Of a stretch of DNA of 63,465 nucleotides, positions 49,300 to 62,221 are shown piece by piece. The DNA comes from Octopus bimaculoides (Eukaryota). The stretch lies in NCBI RefSeq assembly GCF_001194135.2, contig NC_069000.1, positions 28,434,987 to 28,498,451 on the forward strand. The letters run 5' to 3'. A program made the position numbers and the translations under genes. The notes below the pieces were generated by a model, which saw only the letters and a list, made by a program, of their open reading frames with translations, made no database searches and was not told the origin of the DNA. Position 1 is the stretch's first letter; every line of letters begins with the position of its first letter.

Positions 49300-50620
49300 C
49301 GGGTGGGGTAGAGAGGACAGATGTTTTTGAAATGGTTATTACTCAGCCCCAGGGGGAGGGACATATGTCTGACAGGTACCATTCAGTCTGTGGTGCCTTA
49401 GCATTTCTTTTCTTTTCAAGTAAAGCCATGGCACCTTAGACTATAGAGCATCATGTGTTTGCCTATGACAGTTACAAGAAGAATAAAGAGTCTGTTCAGC
49501 ATGAGTTTCATCGCCACTTCAACATTCACCGAAATCAGGCTGTTCCCACCAGTAACACAATCTTACGTTGGGTGAATGCACTTCGTACATGAGGTAAACT
49601 AATGAATAGGAGACTGGTGGGGGGTGCCACGAAAGGTACAGACCTTGGAAAATGTGGAACATGTTAAACAAGGTTCGATATGGAATCCGAATCATTCTGC
49701 TTGGAGGGATTCCACTGGACTTGACATCTGTAATCAATCAGTAAGGTGTGTTTTGCATGAAGACCTGCATTTCCACCCATACAAATTGGTCATTGGGCAA
49801 CAGTGGAAACCATGGGGCTATGCACAGTGGCTTAACTTTGCACATCATATAGAATCAATGTTTGAGGTAAATGACAACCTCATTTTGTTAATGAGTGATG
49901 AAGCTCATTTTCATCTCAGTGGCATGGTGAATCAACAGAACTGTTGTTACTGGGTTCTTGAAAATCTGAGAGAACTGCACAAAAAGACCACTGCACAACC
50001 CAAAAGTGGCGGTCTGGTGTGCTGTTGAAAAAGCTGCCGTCAATTGGTCCTTACTTTTTGAAGGCAATAATGAGAATGTGAACTCCGAGCATTACATTGA
50101 GATGATAAACAACTTCTTTGAGCCTGAATTATGACAAAAACGTATGCTTATTCAATGTGTGTGGTTTCAGCAGGATTGGGCGATGGCCCACATAGCCAGA
50201 GCATTAATGGACGTTCTTCACCCTCTCTTCAGTGACTGCCTCATTTCCAGGATTGCTGACGTTCCCCGGCTCCTTTGGTCTCTTGATTTAGCCATGTGTG
50301 ATTATTTTTTGTGGGGAAACCTCAAGGCACGTGTGTATGTGCATAAACCTCATACACTGGACAATTTGAAGGAAGCTATTCACATGGAAGTTGCCCAAAT
50401 CGACAGAGCAATGCTGGAGAGATTGGAGGCCAACTTCCAAAAAGGCCTTCAGAAATGCATAAATGAAAACGGACACCACATGATGGATGTTGTTTTCCAC
50501 GCCTGATTTTGACAAATGCTAATACAATACAAATACATTGGTGTCAATAAAATTTGTTTGCAACTAAAATTAATGATTTTGTGAATTTTTCAAAAACATC
50601 CGTCCTCACTGCCCCACCCG
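49300..50620 (+). mobile_element. Decayed Tc1/mariner element of DD41D (rosa/Visitor) type
   Basis: ~30-bp TIRs CGGGTGGGG(T/C)AG(A/T)GAGGAC(A/G)GATGTTTTTG; SDEAHFHLSG, WFQQD and CDYFLWG with 41 residues counted between the 2nd and 3rd D. Confidence 0.85.
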
Positions 50621-51012
50621 TATTTTATCTCATCACATGTGGTTCTCTTAAAATGGCTATGAAAAATTTGTTGAAAAAAAAAAAGATATTGCTGAATATA
50701 TTGATTTTGACAAGCTTTACTCATTAAATTAATAGTTACATGGCTGAGTACTCCACAGTGTACCTTTAATGTAATTCCTAGGCTAAATCATATAACACAA
50801 TATGTGACAAGGTCAGATCTTTGAAGTCAATCCATCCAAAGGGTTTTCCAAACAGTTTTGGTCTATGATGAAAACCATTTGCCCAAAGTGCCAAGAAGTG
50901 GTGGACTCAGCCTCATGACTACAAAGCAAACTTCTAAACACTCAGCCATACCTTCAGCCATACCTTCAGCCTTACGCAATATTGTTGTGAAATGCTTTCC
51001 AATAATACTCAC

Positions 51013-51297
51013 CTCTTGGAAATGGTGGTTGTCTCTGTCGAATACAACACATGACTATGAGAACAAGGAGAACAAGAACCATTACTGAGAGAATTCCACC
51101 TAAAATCTTATAAAGTAATTCTCCACTAGACTGGAAACTGTTATGATCATGATGGTTGTTATTTTGGAGTGTAGTAACTTGTGTCTTGCTTGGATCATAA
51201 TTTGATGGACTGGATGATGATGATGATGATGGACTGGATGATGATGGACTGGATGATGATGATGATGATGATGACGATGATGATGAATCTTCAGCAG
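51013..51297 (-). CDS. ihog: Ihog/CDON-like receptor, Ser-rich stalk and transmembrane exon
   Basis: tatctttcag| acceptor, G|GTGAGT donor, 285 nt, phase 1-1; TM ILGGILSVMVLVLLVLIVMCC followed by basic IRQRQ. Confidence 0.9.
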
Positions 51298-51615
51298 CTG
51301 AAAGATACAATAACATGTATAAATATATACATAAATACATGCATATGTATACACATGGAAGTGCAACACACATTCATAATATAACTGAAAAAGAAAGTAG
51401 AAAAAAATCTTGAAGGAGGAAAGAGAAGAAGGAGCTAAAAGAAATGGAAGAACAGAGAAACAATAAGAAGAAAGTAGATGAAGTAAGAATAAGATGAAGA
51501 AACTAGAATCTAGAAAAAAGACAAATGAGGAGGTAACTAGAAAAAAAAAAAAACCCAGAAGATAGAAAGAAGCCAGAATAAAAGTTGACGAGAGGAGAAA
51601 ATGAGAAGAACTTAC

Positions 51616-51835
51616 GAGATGTCCGTTTAACTACTTTGTTACTGAATTTACTGTAACCATGTTTGTTAAAACACTCCATCTTAATTCTGTAATCAGTGCC
51701 AGGCTCCAAGTTTTTAATGATGTGTTTACGCAGCACAGGCTTGTAGAGGGTTATGTTGGTAAAAGATACATCCAAATGGTAACGTTTGTAGAAAATTATA
51801 AAACCACTGATTGGAACAGATTTCAATCGAATATA
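51616..51835 (-). CDS. ihog: Ihog/CDON-like receptor, membrane-proximal FN3 exon
   Basis: ttcag| phase 0, C|GTAAGT donor; PISGFIIFYK...NLEPGTDYRIKMECFNKHGYSKFSN. Confidence 0.92.
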
Positions 51836-52139
51836 CTGAAATGAGAAAATAAGAAACCTAAGTTTTTAGTATTTATATTAAGTATACACAGTTCAGTTTC
51901 TTATCATTGGTGCCCAATTTTTATATAAGAGCAAACAAAAGTGGACTTAATATATTTTGATTTGTCATTCTATATCTAATTTGTATGCATTCAAATTTGA
52001 CCAGGATCAGTTTCATCCCTTTAGAGTGCTCAGGATGATTCAATTCATTATATTCCTGATCCTTAGAAAAACTGTTTTTCTGCTTAATCAAGAGAAATAA
52101 TTATATTTAGGCAGAATAAACATGTGGGGGGCTTTTTTC

Positions 52140-52270
52140 AGTTTCTGTTTATCAAACCCACTCAAAAGGCTTTAGTTGGCCCAAGGCTATGGTAGAAGAC
52201 ACTTACCCAGGGTGCTACACAATGCAATTGAACCTAGACTTATGTGGTTGGGAAGCAAACTTCTAACCAC
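52140..52270 (-). mobile_element. SINE family 2, 5' portion
   Basis: rc tggttagaagtttgcttcccaaccacataagtctaggttcaattgc. Confidence 0.6.
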
Positions 52271-53217
52271 AATACAATACAAAGATAACAAATGATTAAA
52301 GGGGTGAAATTTTATATATTGAGATGATACAGTGAAAGAATGAAGGGAAAAGATATGCAAGTGCATATTCAAATTCAGCCTTTTAATAGTTTGGTATGTT
52401 CACATTTGTAGTAAAAGAAAAGAAGAAAAATTTGCAATAATGAAAGAAATAAATCATTTGAGTTTCCACTCATGTCTTTGATATCATATCTTGCAATGTA
52501 CTTATCTTTTTTAGTAAGTTCATGATATCTCACTTACCTTTTATTTTGGCATAGTTCTCAAATAAACTCAATTTTAAAATGGTAAATATTTTTAAGATCA
52601 TATTTCTCATTTACCTGATGTAGCACAAAAAATAGTCAATATGTTATGTTTCTCAAATCACTACCCCTTTAAAATTAAATAAATGCTTTTTAATGTTGTT
52701 TAATGTTGTCCCTTATTTCAAAACTCACTGTTCAGAGTTTTCATTTTCCCAATATTTGTATATTCTGATTTTTAGGTCTTTTGAAATTCAGCCTTCTCAT
52801 ATTTGGCCCTATGATCCAAGCCTAAACACAAGAAAGTTTTGCAACAGAGCTGAGAAGGATTAAATCTTTGGTTGAGTTTAGTTAAACTTATAACCCTGTA
52901 CAAAACTATTCCTCAAAATATTAAAATTTGACCACGAGTAAATACTATTTCTATGTCATCAGGCTGATGATTCTCGATGACCTCCATGACAAGTGCTATG
53001 TACTTGTTATGGAATTTTTGAGGGAGAATACAAAGGTGGTTTCCTGTAACCTCTCTTCAGGTATTTTTCTTACAGGATACCTGTGGCTAGATACAGATGA
53101 GATGGTATCAAAATGTTAAGTATTAGAAGAAATATGACAAATCTTCACAGCCTTAGATGAAATCTACTTTCTCTAAACATCAAATATTATGATTAACTGT
53201 AAACATGAAATCTTTAC

Positions 53218-53411
53218 CTTCCATTCAACAACTATGGCATAAATTTTGTCAACAACTAATTCTTCAACTTTGACAATTGTTGGTCCATCAATTAAGCGCT
53301 TTACTGAGCTGTGATCACCATCAGATACCAATATAAAAGGGTCAGAGTTGTCTCCTGGAGCATTGTCATTATTGCTATAAACTGCCACTATTCGGAATTT
53401 ATAGGTGGCAT
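53218..53411 (-). CDS. ihog: Ihog/CDON-like receptor, FN3 junction exon
   Basis: tattttcag|AT acceptor, AAG|GTAAAG donor; ATYKFRIVAVYSNNDN...AIVVEWK, with the YSNNDN motif recalled from Drosophila Ihog. Confidence 0.92.
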
Positions 53412-53491
53412 CTGAAAATAGAAAAATATAAGAAAATGCTATGCCACACTATATTACAAACTTTGATTTCAATTTACTTAATCATTGATTT

Positions 53492-53779
53492 TGTGGGGAT
53501 GAGCGGGAAGAAGAGGGTCATGACATCAATGGTCAAGGGACTGACTGGAAGAGGAAGTGTGAGAGGGGAAGTGGGGGGAGAGAGGCAAGGGTCGGCCTCT
53601 TCTTGCCCACCAGAGGCATCGTGAACAGATGTCAGGGAATTCACTCCTGGGTTGGTCAGATAGCAGCAGCTTATACTGGGTGACAGGGGTAGGGCAGGAT
53701 CGCTGGAGAGATTACTACTAGACAGGTGAGAATGAGAGAGGAACGTAGGTGAACGTCTTTTCATTTCCCATGCACGACA
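53492..53779 (+). repeat. 5' LTR
   Basis: TG...CA; roughly 85-90% identical by eye to 57084-57371. Confidence 0.9.
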
Positions 53780-56700
53780 AGCTATTTCGGCAATTGCATA
53801 CAGATGTTGTCCCCTTAATATATGATGGCAGTGAAGATAAGGGTTGGCAGTGATGGTGCCGTATTTGGAGGGGAGTGCACTGGCACTGTACCTCGAAATG
53901 GATTTAAAACAACTGAGTGTGGCAAAGATCGTGCAGCGCTTGAGAGAGGCTTACACAGAGGAGAATACACTGCTTTTGCTAAACTAGAAACAGTCAGATA
54001 GACAGGGGAACAGGTTGACGAATATGCTGTGGAGGTATGGAGGCTGGTTGTGCTGTCTGGTCTCACTGGGGAGGGACTGTAGAAGGTAACATGCAGTCAT
54101 GTTACCTTCTACAATGGCTTTCCTGATGACGTGTCGGTGCGATTACAACAATTGCCAGGTGGCAACAAAATGGCATCAAGCCCATGTGTTGACACAAAAC
54201 ACCAGGCAGAAGTTAGTGGTGATGGTGGCTGCTGAAGCCCATGATGCTGGTGTAAGATGGAAAGAGGCCTGCTGTGGAATGACAGCAGCCGTTCACAGGC
54301 TGGTGTTTTAAGTTCCACAGACCACATATGGCAAGGGGCTGCGTGGAGCCTGGAATGGTTTGCTACTAGTGCAAACAGACTGGATATATCCTCCGAAAGG
54401 TCAGGGAAAAGGCCACAGGGAAGTTGCTGTCTCTTAACCTTCCTCTGCGAATCAGTAGAGGCGTTGGTGAAGTCACTCCCCGTAGTTGAGGTCGTGGTCG
54501 GGGGAAACATGTTGAAGGCCCTCATGGACACGGGCTGCATAACAACTGTCGTGACCCTGAGGGTGACAAAGAAATGGAAGGGGATGAGTAGTGTTCGGGC
54601 GGTCAACAGCAGTGAAATCAAATGCAAGGGCAGCAGCAATGTGGAGATAGTGGTGCAAGGCATAACACTAAGGCTGCAGGCGTGGTAGATGGGATTGATG
54701 TGGTAATGGGGATGGATGCGACTGACCACTTTGGTGGTTTCAGTGTTAGAGGAGATGTGGTTTTGTTTGGTGCCGTGAGTCAGGAATGTGAGCGGGAGCA
54801 GAGCTCCATGAGGAGCTGCACTGCCTAGACCATTGAAGACAAGGATTTTGATGGTGAGTTGTGGATGATAGAGTGGCACTGGAAAGAGGAGCCCCCGATG
54901 CTGAAGAACAGGGTGAGTTGCTACCAGCATACTCTGAAAGGATATGCCAGGAGCGAGTTTGAAGAAGAGGTAGAGAGGTGGATTAAAGAAGGAGGAGGTG
55001 GTGAGCGGAGTGCTACCTGTAATGGTCATGTATTGTGCCACACAGTTGGCAAGGTGACCAACGTCTGCAATGAGACACTGCATGTATGGAGACAGTCAAT
55101 TAAGGCAGCAATGATCATTGACCCGAAGTCGGCATATTTGCAGCTCCATGTGAGCGACAAACTGTAGCAGTACCAGCTGGTGTGATACAAGGGCCTGACA
55201 TATTGTCTGACAAGGCTGGGTTTGGGGCCGAATTCTGTGCTGAAGATCATGGTAACAGTGCTTAAATCCTTCCTAGAAAAGGTGGGTAGGATAAGAAGGG
55301 CCATCAGTTCTTACATAGATGACACCTAGTGGATGAGACCGTAGCGCTTGCCACAGAGGTTGTGAGACATCTGAAGAAATTTAGACTGATTGCGAAGCCA
55401 CTGGAACCAGTGGCTGGAGGAGCTGCACTGGGCTTCAGAGAGACAGAACAGGTGTGTTGGTGTTTTGCAGGGAGAATGAGATCCCAGAGCTGGGTACCAA
55501 TGTCAGCAGGAGAGAATTGTTCTCGATGTCCAAGAAATTAGTAGGTCACTACCCGATCGTGGAGTGGCTGTGTATGGCATGCAGTTACACCAAGAGATGA
55601 GCAGAAGGGGGAGAACTGGGGTGACAAGGTGGAAGAGGGGTTGGTGGCAATGATGTGAGAGATCCTGGAGATGATGAGAACGGAAGACCCAGTCAGAGGG
55701 AACTGGCATGTGCCCAAATTGGATAACAGGACCACACAGTGTGATGCTAGTAGCCTGGCTTTGAAAAGCGAATGACTACAACCACATCAATGTTGCTGAG
55801 TTGGACGAAGTGCTGAAGGGAATGAATTTGGCCTTGAAATGGGGGCTGCACTCCATCGAAATCTAGATGGATTCGGCCACCGTGCTTGGTTGGGTAGCAC
55901 TGGTGATCACCAATGAGAAGAGGGAGCGAACCAAAGAGGCTGCAGAAATGTTAGAGAAGCACTGCCTAGGGGTTCTAGGAGAGCTAATTGGCAAGTTTGG
56001 CCTGAAGCTGAACGTAGTTTTTGTGCCTTCAGAGAAAAACAAGGCAGATGCTCTAACCAGGGTATAAAAGGCCTGGTTAGGGGAGCTGGAAGAATCGAAG
56101 CAAGGGGTAGCCATGGTGTGTCAGTTAAATGACTCTGAGGTAAGGAGACTGCATACCATGCATCATATGGGTGTGGATAGGACCCTGTATCTCGCCAGGA
56201 GGATTAACACCGATGTTACCAGATGGAGCATCCAAAAGGTGGTCGAGAATTGCAATAGGTGTCAATCCATCAACCCAGCTCTGGGTGTGCATGAGCAGGG
56301 AAACATTTCGGTAGAGCACAACTGGAGACGACTAGCAGAGGATGAAACACGCTACTGGCAGGGAACATATCTCTTGATGGTTGACTGTGGGCCAGGCTGG
56401 ATGGCCATTTGGAGGGAATTGAGGGCAGGCACTGTGGACGAGATGGCACATATTCTAAATGAGGTACTCTTAGAGTGGGGCACTGTGGATGAATTGCTGA
56501 TGGACAACAGCACAGCGTTTCATTTGGAAGTGCTGAAGGAGATACTTGACACGTGGAAAGTGCACCGCTTTTTCAGAGTGGTATACAGGCCGAGAGGAAA
56601 TGGGATCATGGAGAGACACCATCGAATGATCAAGGTCATGGCGGAGAGGGGACATGTTTCGCCACTGGAAGCAGTTTTCTGGTACAACATGTCGCCCTGA

Positions 56701-57083
56701 TTCAGACAGGCTGAAGGGTCTTGCCACATAGAGCGATATTCAAATATGAATGGCAGCATCCAAGTAAACTATCAAGATGCCCTGAAGAAGAGAAAGGGGT
56801 CTGTCTTCATGGAGGTGAGAGATGAAGTCTGGGTCAAGCCACCAAAGGCATGCTGCACAACTCAGTGGAACAGAGGAATAGTGATGGCTGTCAATTCCCC
56901 AAAACACGTCATGTCTTAGATGTTTGTAGGATTGTCGTTTCATCAGATGATGATTGTGGAGAGGAAGAAGAGAATGAGGTTCCCAGTTTAAGAAGATCAC
57001 AACGTGCAAGGCACCCACCCATGTGGATGGTAGATTTTGACATGGAGTGAAGTGAGGATGTGATCTTTGAGATCAGGGGAGCA

Positions 57084-57371
57084 TGTGGGGATGAGCTGGA
57101 AGAAGAGGGCTATGACGTCAATGGTCAAGGGACTAACCAGAAGAGAAAACGTGAGAGGGGAAGTGGGGTGGAGAGAGGCAAGGGTCGGCCTCTTCTTGCC
57201 CACCGGTGGCATCGTGAACGGACGTCAAGGAATTCGTTCCTGAGTTGGTCAAATAGCAGCTGCTTATACAGGTGACAGGGGTAGGGCAGGATTGCTAGAG
57301 AGATTACTACTAGACAGACAAAGACAAGAGAGGAAGGTAGGTGAAACTCTTTTCATTTCCCATGCACGCTA
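57084..57371 (+). repeat. 3' LTR
   Basis: TG...TA (mutated end), preceded by purine tract aggggag. Confidence 0.9.
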
Positions 57372-57614
57372 GATTTAATGTTCTTGTTTTAGCCCCAGGG
57401 GAGATCTGGGTAGTTAAACTTGTGATCAAAGGTTGCATAAACACATTGAAATCATCACAAAACCATTAGATAATATAATTTTGAGTACACAATGTTAGAT
57501 AAAAGACAGGATGATCATAGCAGAAAAGCCGGTGATGGTTTGACCATGACTGACCTAGGACTAAACAACAGCAACAAATAACAAATAACAAACAGAAAGA
57601 AGAAACAAACAAAC

Positions 57615-57827
57615 CAGGTTTAAGACGATTGACAGTGACTTTGCGGTATTTGCTGAGAATTTGTTCATCTTCAGTGTGCCAATGATTTTTGTTTGGGAAA
57701 ACTTCCTTGTATTGTACAACGAAAAACTTGATTGCCAGGCCGTCATTATCAGGAATTGTCCATTCAACCAATACAGATGTATCACTTTGCTTTGTCACCT
57801 TGGGTTTGGTTGGAACCACCATGTCAC
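57615..57827 (-). CDS. ihog: Ihog/CDON-like receptor, FN3 exon (most 5' exon found in the window)
   Basis: ccatttcag|GT acceptor, CCTG|GTTTGT donor, 213 nt, phase 1-1; VPTKPKVTKQSDTSVLVEWTIPDNDGLAIKFFVVQYK. Confidence 0.92.
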
Positions 57828-58089
57828 CTGAAATGGATTAAACCAAAGGTAAGAAGAATTTACATAAAATATGAATCTACATGCTTTTTAATTTAAAAAA
57901 AAATAAGATTAACTGATGCGTGAGTATATTTCTAATGAAATAATTTGTCTGTACATATTTTTTATTAATTTTGAAAATAATCAAGAAAGTGGAAGGATTG
58001 AATGTTTTTAATTTAGGTATGTACACTTTAAAGCAGGTAGTTTTGTTCCAGAGAAACAAGGGTGATCTCAGATGGATTAATACAACAGG

Positions 58090-58315
58090 ATTAGGATAAG
58101 GAGATGAGCTCACAGAATTGTTATTGTGTGGGGCAAAATGCTGAGTGGCATTTTGTCCTTCTTTACATTCTGAATTCAAATGACACCAAGGTCAACTTTG
58201 CCTTTCATCCATTCAGGGTCTATAAAATAAGTACCAGTTGAACACTGGGGTAATTGTAATTGACTTAACCCCTCCCTAAAATTGCTGGCCTTGTGCCAAA
58301 ATTTTAAACCAATAT
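58090..58315 (+). mobile_element. SINE family 3
   Basis: gatgagctcacagaattg...ctgaattcaaat...ggccttgtgccaaaatttt. Confidence 0.7.
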
Positions 58316-58711
58316 AACAGGATTAGGTAGATGTTAATTAATTATATATTTTTTAGTCTAAATTTAGAGTATGACTATTGTTGCCTTCAAAATGGTTATC
58401 TAAATAAAAAGAACTCCACTTTTAATATAAATAGTGTTGGCCATGTAATGCAGCTATACAGTGGTGATAATGATGATGATGATCAACTTCTGGTCATCAT
58501 TATTATCATCTATCATCTTCCACAAACACAAACACCACTATCATCTAATTACAATCATCAAACGTCCTCACTATGATCAGCTTCACATCAGTGTTGTTGC
58601 AGGTGTTGTCAAATATTACAACACATTTTGCCCAATGCTCCAACAGCTCTGCCAATTCAAAATGATGAAAGGCTAACTTGATGGTATTTTAATTCAGATT
58701 GCAGAGTTAAT

Positions 58712-59308
58712 ATATGAGGGAGAGTAAAAAATGATATGCACTCTTGTCTTTTCAATGTATTTACACAAAAGGAGGGGATGAAAAAGCAGGTAATTTTTCT
58801 ATATAGTCTTCTTCCTTTTCGATGCACTTGGTCCAGCAGTCCACAAGCTTGTGTATTTCCTCCAAAAAGAAGGTTTCCAGTTGGTCATGTAACCGTTTAT
58901 GCACCACTTCCTTCACATTTTCATCTGTAGAAAATCATTGACCTCGTAAATTATCTTTGAGCAGTTCAAAGATATGGTAGTCAGAAGGGGTGAGATCTGG
59001 GCTGTAGGCAGGGTGTTCCAGCATTTCAAAACCCAATTGGTTAATGGTTTCAATAGTCTGGATGCATTGTGTGAGTGCGCATTATCATGCAACAACAAAA
59101 TTTTCTTTGACAATAGGCTACGGCATTTGGTGTGAATTGCTGGTTTCAGTTTGTTGGCCAGCAAAGCACTGTATCTTGCACTGTTGATCTTACACCCCTT
59201 TTCCAGGTAGTCTTCCAGTATAAGCTCTTTTGAGTCCCAAAAAAGGGTTAGCATCACCTTTCCTGTGGAAGACTGAATTTTGAATTTCTTTGTTGCTCGT
59301 GAGCCGAT
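58712..59308 (-). mobile_element. Mariner 3' fragment
   Basis: GKVMLTLFWD, LLLHDNAHSH; one TIR-like end tatgagggagagtaaaaa. Confidence 0.8.
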
Positions 59309-59309
59309 C

Positions 59310-61310
59310 CTTAGTGAACCCCTACTTGTACCCTGAATTATTTGCTGTACTCGTTGCCCACCCTCACCTTACTGGTAGCATCCCTGTACAAGGCTTGTAC
59401 AGCTCCCACCAACCATTTATCTATCCTTAGTTTCTGCATTGACCACCAGATAATGGATTGGGGGACCCTGTCAAAAGCTTTCGCCAAGTCAACAAAAGCC
59501 AGGTACAGAGGTTTATCTTTAGCTAGGTATTTCTCCTGAAGTTGCCTTCCCAGAAATATAGCATCAGTGGTGCTTCTACCAGGCATAAAGCCAAACTGCA
59601 CATTTCCCTCCTACCTAGACTAACTCACTCTTTGATTAGTTGGGCTACAACTATCTCTGCAACTTTCATCACCTGATCCAACAATTTGATACGTCTGTAA
59701 CTATTTCTATCTAAGGTATCACCTTCACCTTTGTAGCAGTTGACTATGGTGCTACTACACTAGTCAGTGGGTATGACTCCTTTATAAACCACCTGATTTA
59801 CAATACAGGTGACTAAACCATAACCCACACTGCCAGATATTTTAAGCATCTTAGCGGTGATTCCTGATGGGCCAGGGGCTTTCTCTGTCTTCATATCCTT
59901 AATTGCTTTATCTACCAGGGCACTGTCAATTTGGATAGCTGGTCCCTCAGTTGGGTCAACATTTGGCAGACTCTCCTCCTACCATTCATAATGGCATCTC
60001 CAAGCCTCTTCCTTTGCACAATCATTAAAAGCAAGTGCACCATCATCCATATGGACACATTTCCCTCCTATAACATCACGATTTTCTCTCACACATTGTC
60101 TTGCAATCCAAAATACTTCAGTTTGTTGGTCCTCATGGCACTGAACATAGGCAAACTTCTTCTTTCCTGCTTCTCCCTTGGCTAGATATACTTGTCTCCT
60201 AGCTTCCCTTCTGGCAATCTGATACAGTTCCCTGCTGCCCCCACTCTTCCGGGCCTGTTTCTTTGCTCTAATGGCCCTCATGTTACACTAGGTCTGAAAG
60301 GGACTTTATACTAGCCACAGATTTCGTCTGTGGCACTCAGCAAGCTGTCTCACAGGAATTCCCAGTTGCTCTCTATATCACAAGTTTGTAGCTGGTCCTC
60401 CCCATCATCAAACTTCTCAATTAGGATGTCCCTAAATCTCTGACCATATAAAGAGTCCTTAAACTTCCAGGTCCTTCTTTTCCAGATTAGCCTGCTTTTT
60501 GGCATTGTTCTGGCCTGGTGTCTAAAGTCGCTAATGACTAGCCTATGCTATGGGTGGAGGTACATTCTTCACCAGAGAGAGTCCTTGAATTTAAGAGCAA
60601 CCAGGCATCCCACTGTCTGGTGAGAATGAAATATATTTGGCTATCAGAGTCACCTGATTGATAGGTTATCAGGTGGCTGGCTGGTTTCCTGAAGTTGGTG
60701 TTGCAGATCAATAGGTTATTCGCATCACAGAACTCCAATAGCCTTGTTCCCTCTTTGTTTTGGGAACCAATTTCATGGCCTCCATGAACACCACGGTAGA
60801 TACCAGGCTGCCATCCGATATGCCCATTGAAATCCCCAGCAACAGATTTGAGATCATTGTCACTTGTCTCAGAGGTAGCCTGCAGAAGAATATCATAAAA
60901 GTGGTCTTTCTGTTCATTTGGTAGGCTTGTTTGTGGGGCATAAGTGGATATAATTGTAGCTATACTATTTTGCAAGACTAGCCTGAGCTTAAGTACTCAA
61001 CTACTTCTATGACCTTATCCACCCATTTCTCAGCTAGGAGTGTGTCCACACCACCTACTCTGTCACTGCTACCTTCCCAGAAGATTTTATACATATGTGT
61101 CTTGCCTGTGAGGAACCTGGCTGAAGCTCCTCTCCATCTAACCTCTTGGATGCAACAGTCATCAACCCATCTCCTTTCAAGCATCTCTACAATCTCGTTA
61201 GATCTACATTTCAATATGCCTACATTTAGAGTGCCAACCCTGAAAACTGGGAAAGGGATGTGAGAGGGAACATAGGAAGGAGAGATGTTATTCAGCACCT
61301 GGAAAGAAGG
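59310..61310 (-). mobile_element. RTE (BovB-like) LINE, endonuclease to mid-RT, with deletions
   Basis: VGTLNVG, CIQEVRWRG, AGDFNGHIG, QFGFMPGRSTTDAIF, FVDLAKAFDRV. Confidence 0.88.
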
Positions 61311-62181
61311 TTTCCATGATTGTTTGATACCAGACATGTCATAACAGTTGCTCTCACTTTTAACCTATCATCATTCAAACAAGTTAAAATTATTGCCTCT
61401 ACTGGGGGTGAGAGTAAGGTAAGCTTTGCAAATATAAGCGTTACTGCAGCTGCAAATATAGATATAAATATGCCAATGTCAAATTAAGTAAGTAAATGTG
61501 CTGCTATTTGGTTAGGTTAGTCCATTATATATTTGTCTATACACACACACACACACACACACATAGAGAGAGAGAGTGTGGGTGAGAGGAAGATGGTTTG
61601 GAATGGAGGGAAGAATGGAGGTATGCAGATCTGCTGGAGCAGAAGTAAGTCAGAGCCCTGTGGAGGTTTTCAGTATGAAGGAAAAGGTAAAGAGAAGAGA
61701 TGTGAGAGAGGAGACTTCCGGTATGACAGAAGAGGTTTCCAGTATTGGTGGCAGGAGTGGGTAAGGTGGGTGCATTGCAAAGAAGAAATGTAAATACAGG
61801 CTAGCTTCACGTTAAGGTTATGAAGTTAATTTAAGGATCATTTAGCATGTTAGTAATACAAGTTAAATAAATGAAGAGAAATGATGAACAATCAAAAAAC
61901 AAGAGAATTTCTTAGCTTTCGTGGCTGGACATTTTGTGTTGTGATAGTGATGGTGTGAAATTGCAGGAATGAAGGTTGGAGACGAAAACCAAGAGTGGTT
62001 AGGGGAATAGAAATTGCAGCAAAGGACAATAGTGGACAATAGTGAAATGGAAGAAAAGAAAATGGCTAGCTTCGCTACAAGAAAATTGAAAGATGGGCAT
62101 GTTAATAGTACAAGGAAGGTGGATGTAGACAATGAAGAATGATTAAAGAAGCTAGAGAGGTTTCTTAGCTTAGAAATCGCG

Positions 62182-62184
62182 AAG

Positions 62185-62221
<37 letters not shown>

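Larger units (their letters stand above)
53492..57371 (+). mobile_element. Compact LTR retrotransposon (gag-PR-RT-RH-INT order, Ty3/Gypsy-like), decayed, intronic and antisense to the gene
   Basis: Two 288-bp LTRs; 5-bp TSD GATTT/GATTT; protease LMDTG, RT SAYLQL and YIDD, RNase H CDAS/HINVAEL/NKADALTR, integrase HTMHHMG..CNRC and DNSTAF/NGIMERHHR. Confidence 0.92.

Noticed and set aside
53780-53800. Tf1-like self-priming: post-LTR AGCTATTT complementary to AAATAGC in the 3' LTR
   Set aside because: Only 7 nt, imperfect in the 5' LTR, and located upstream of the TATA-like motif, so unlikely to be the transcript 5' end.
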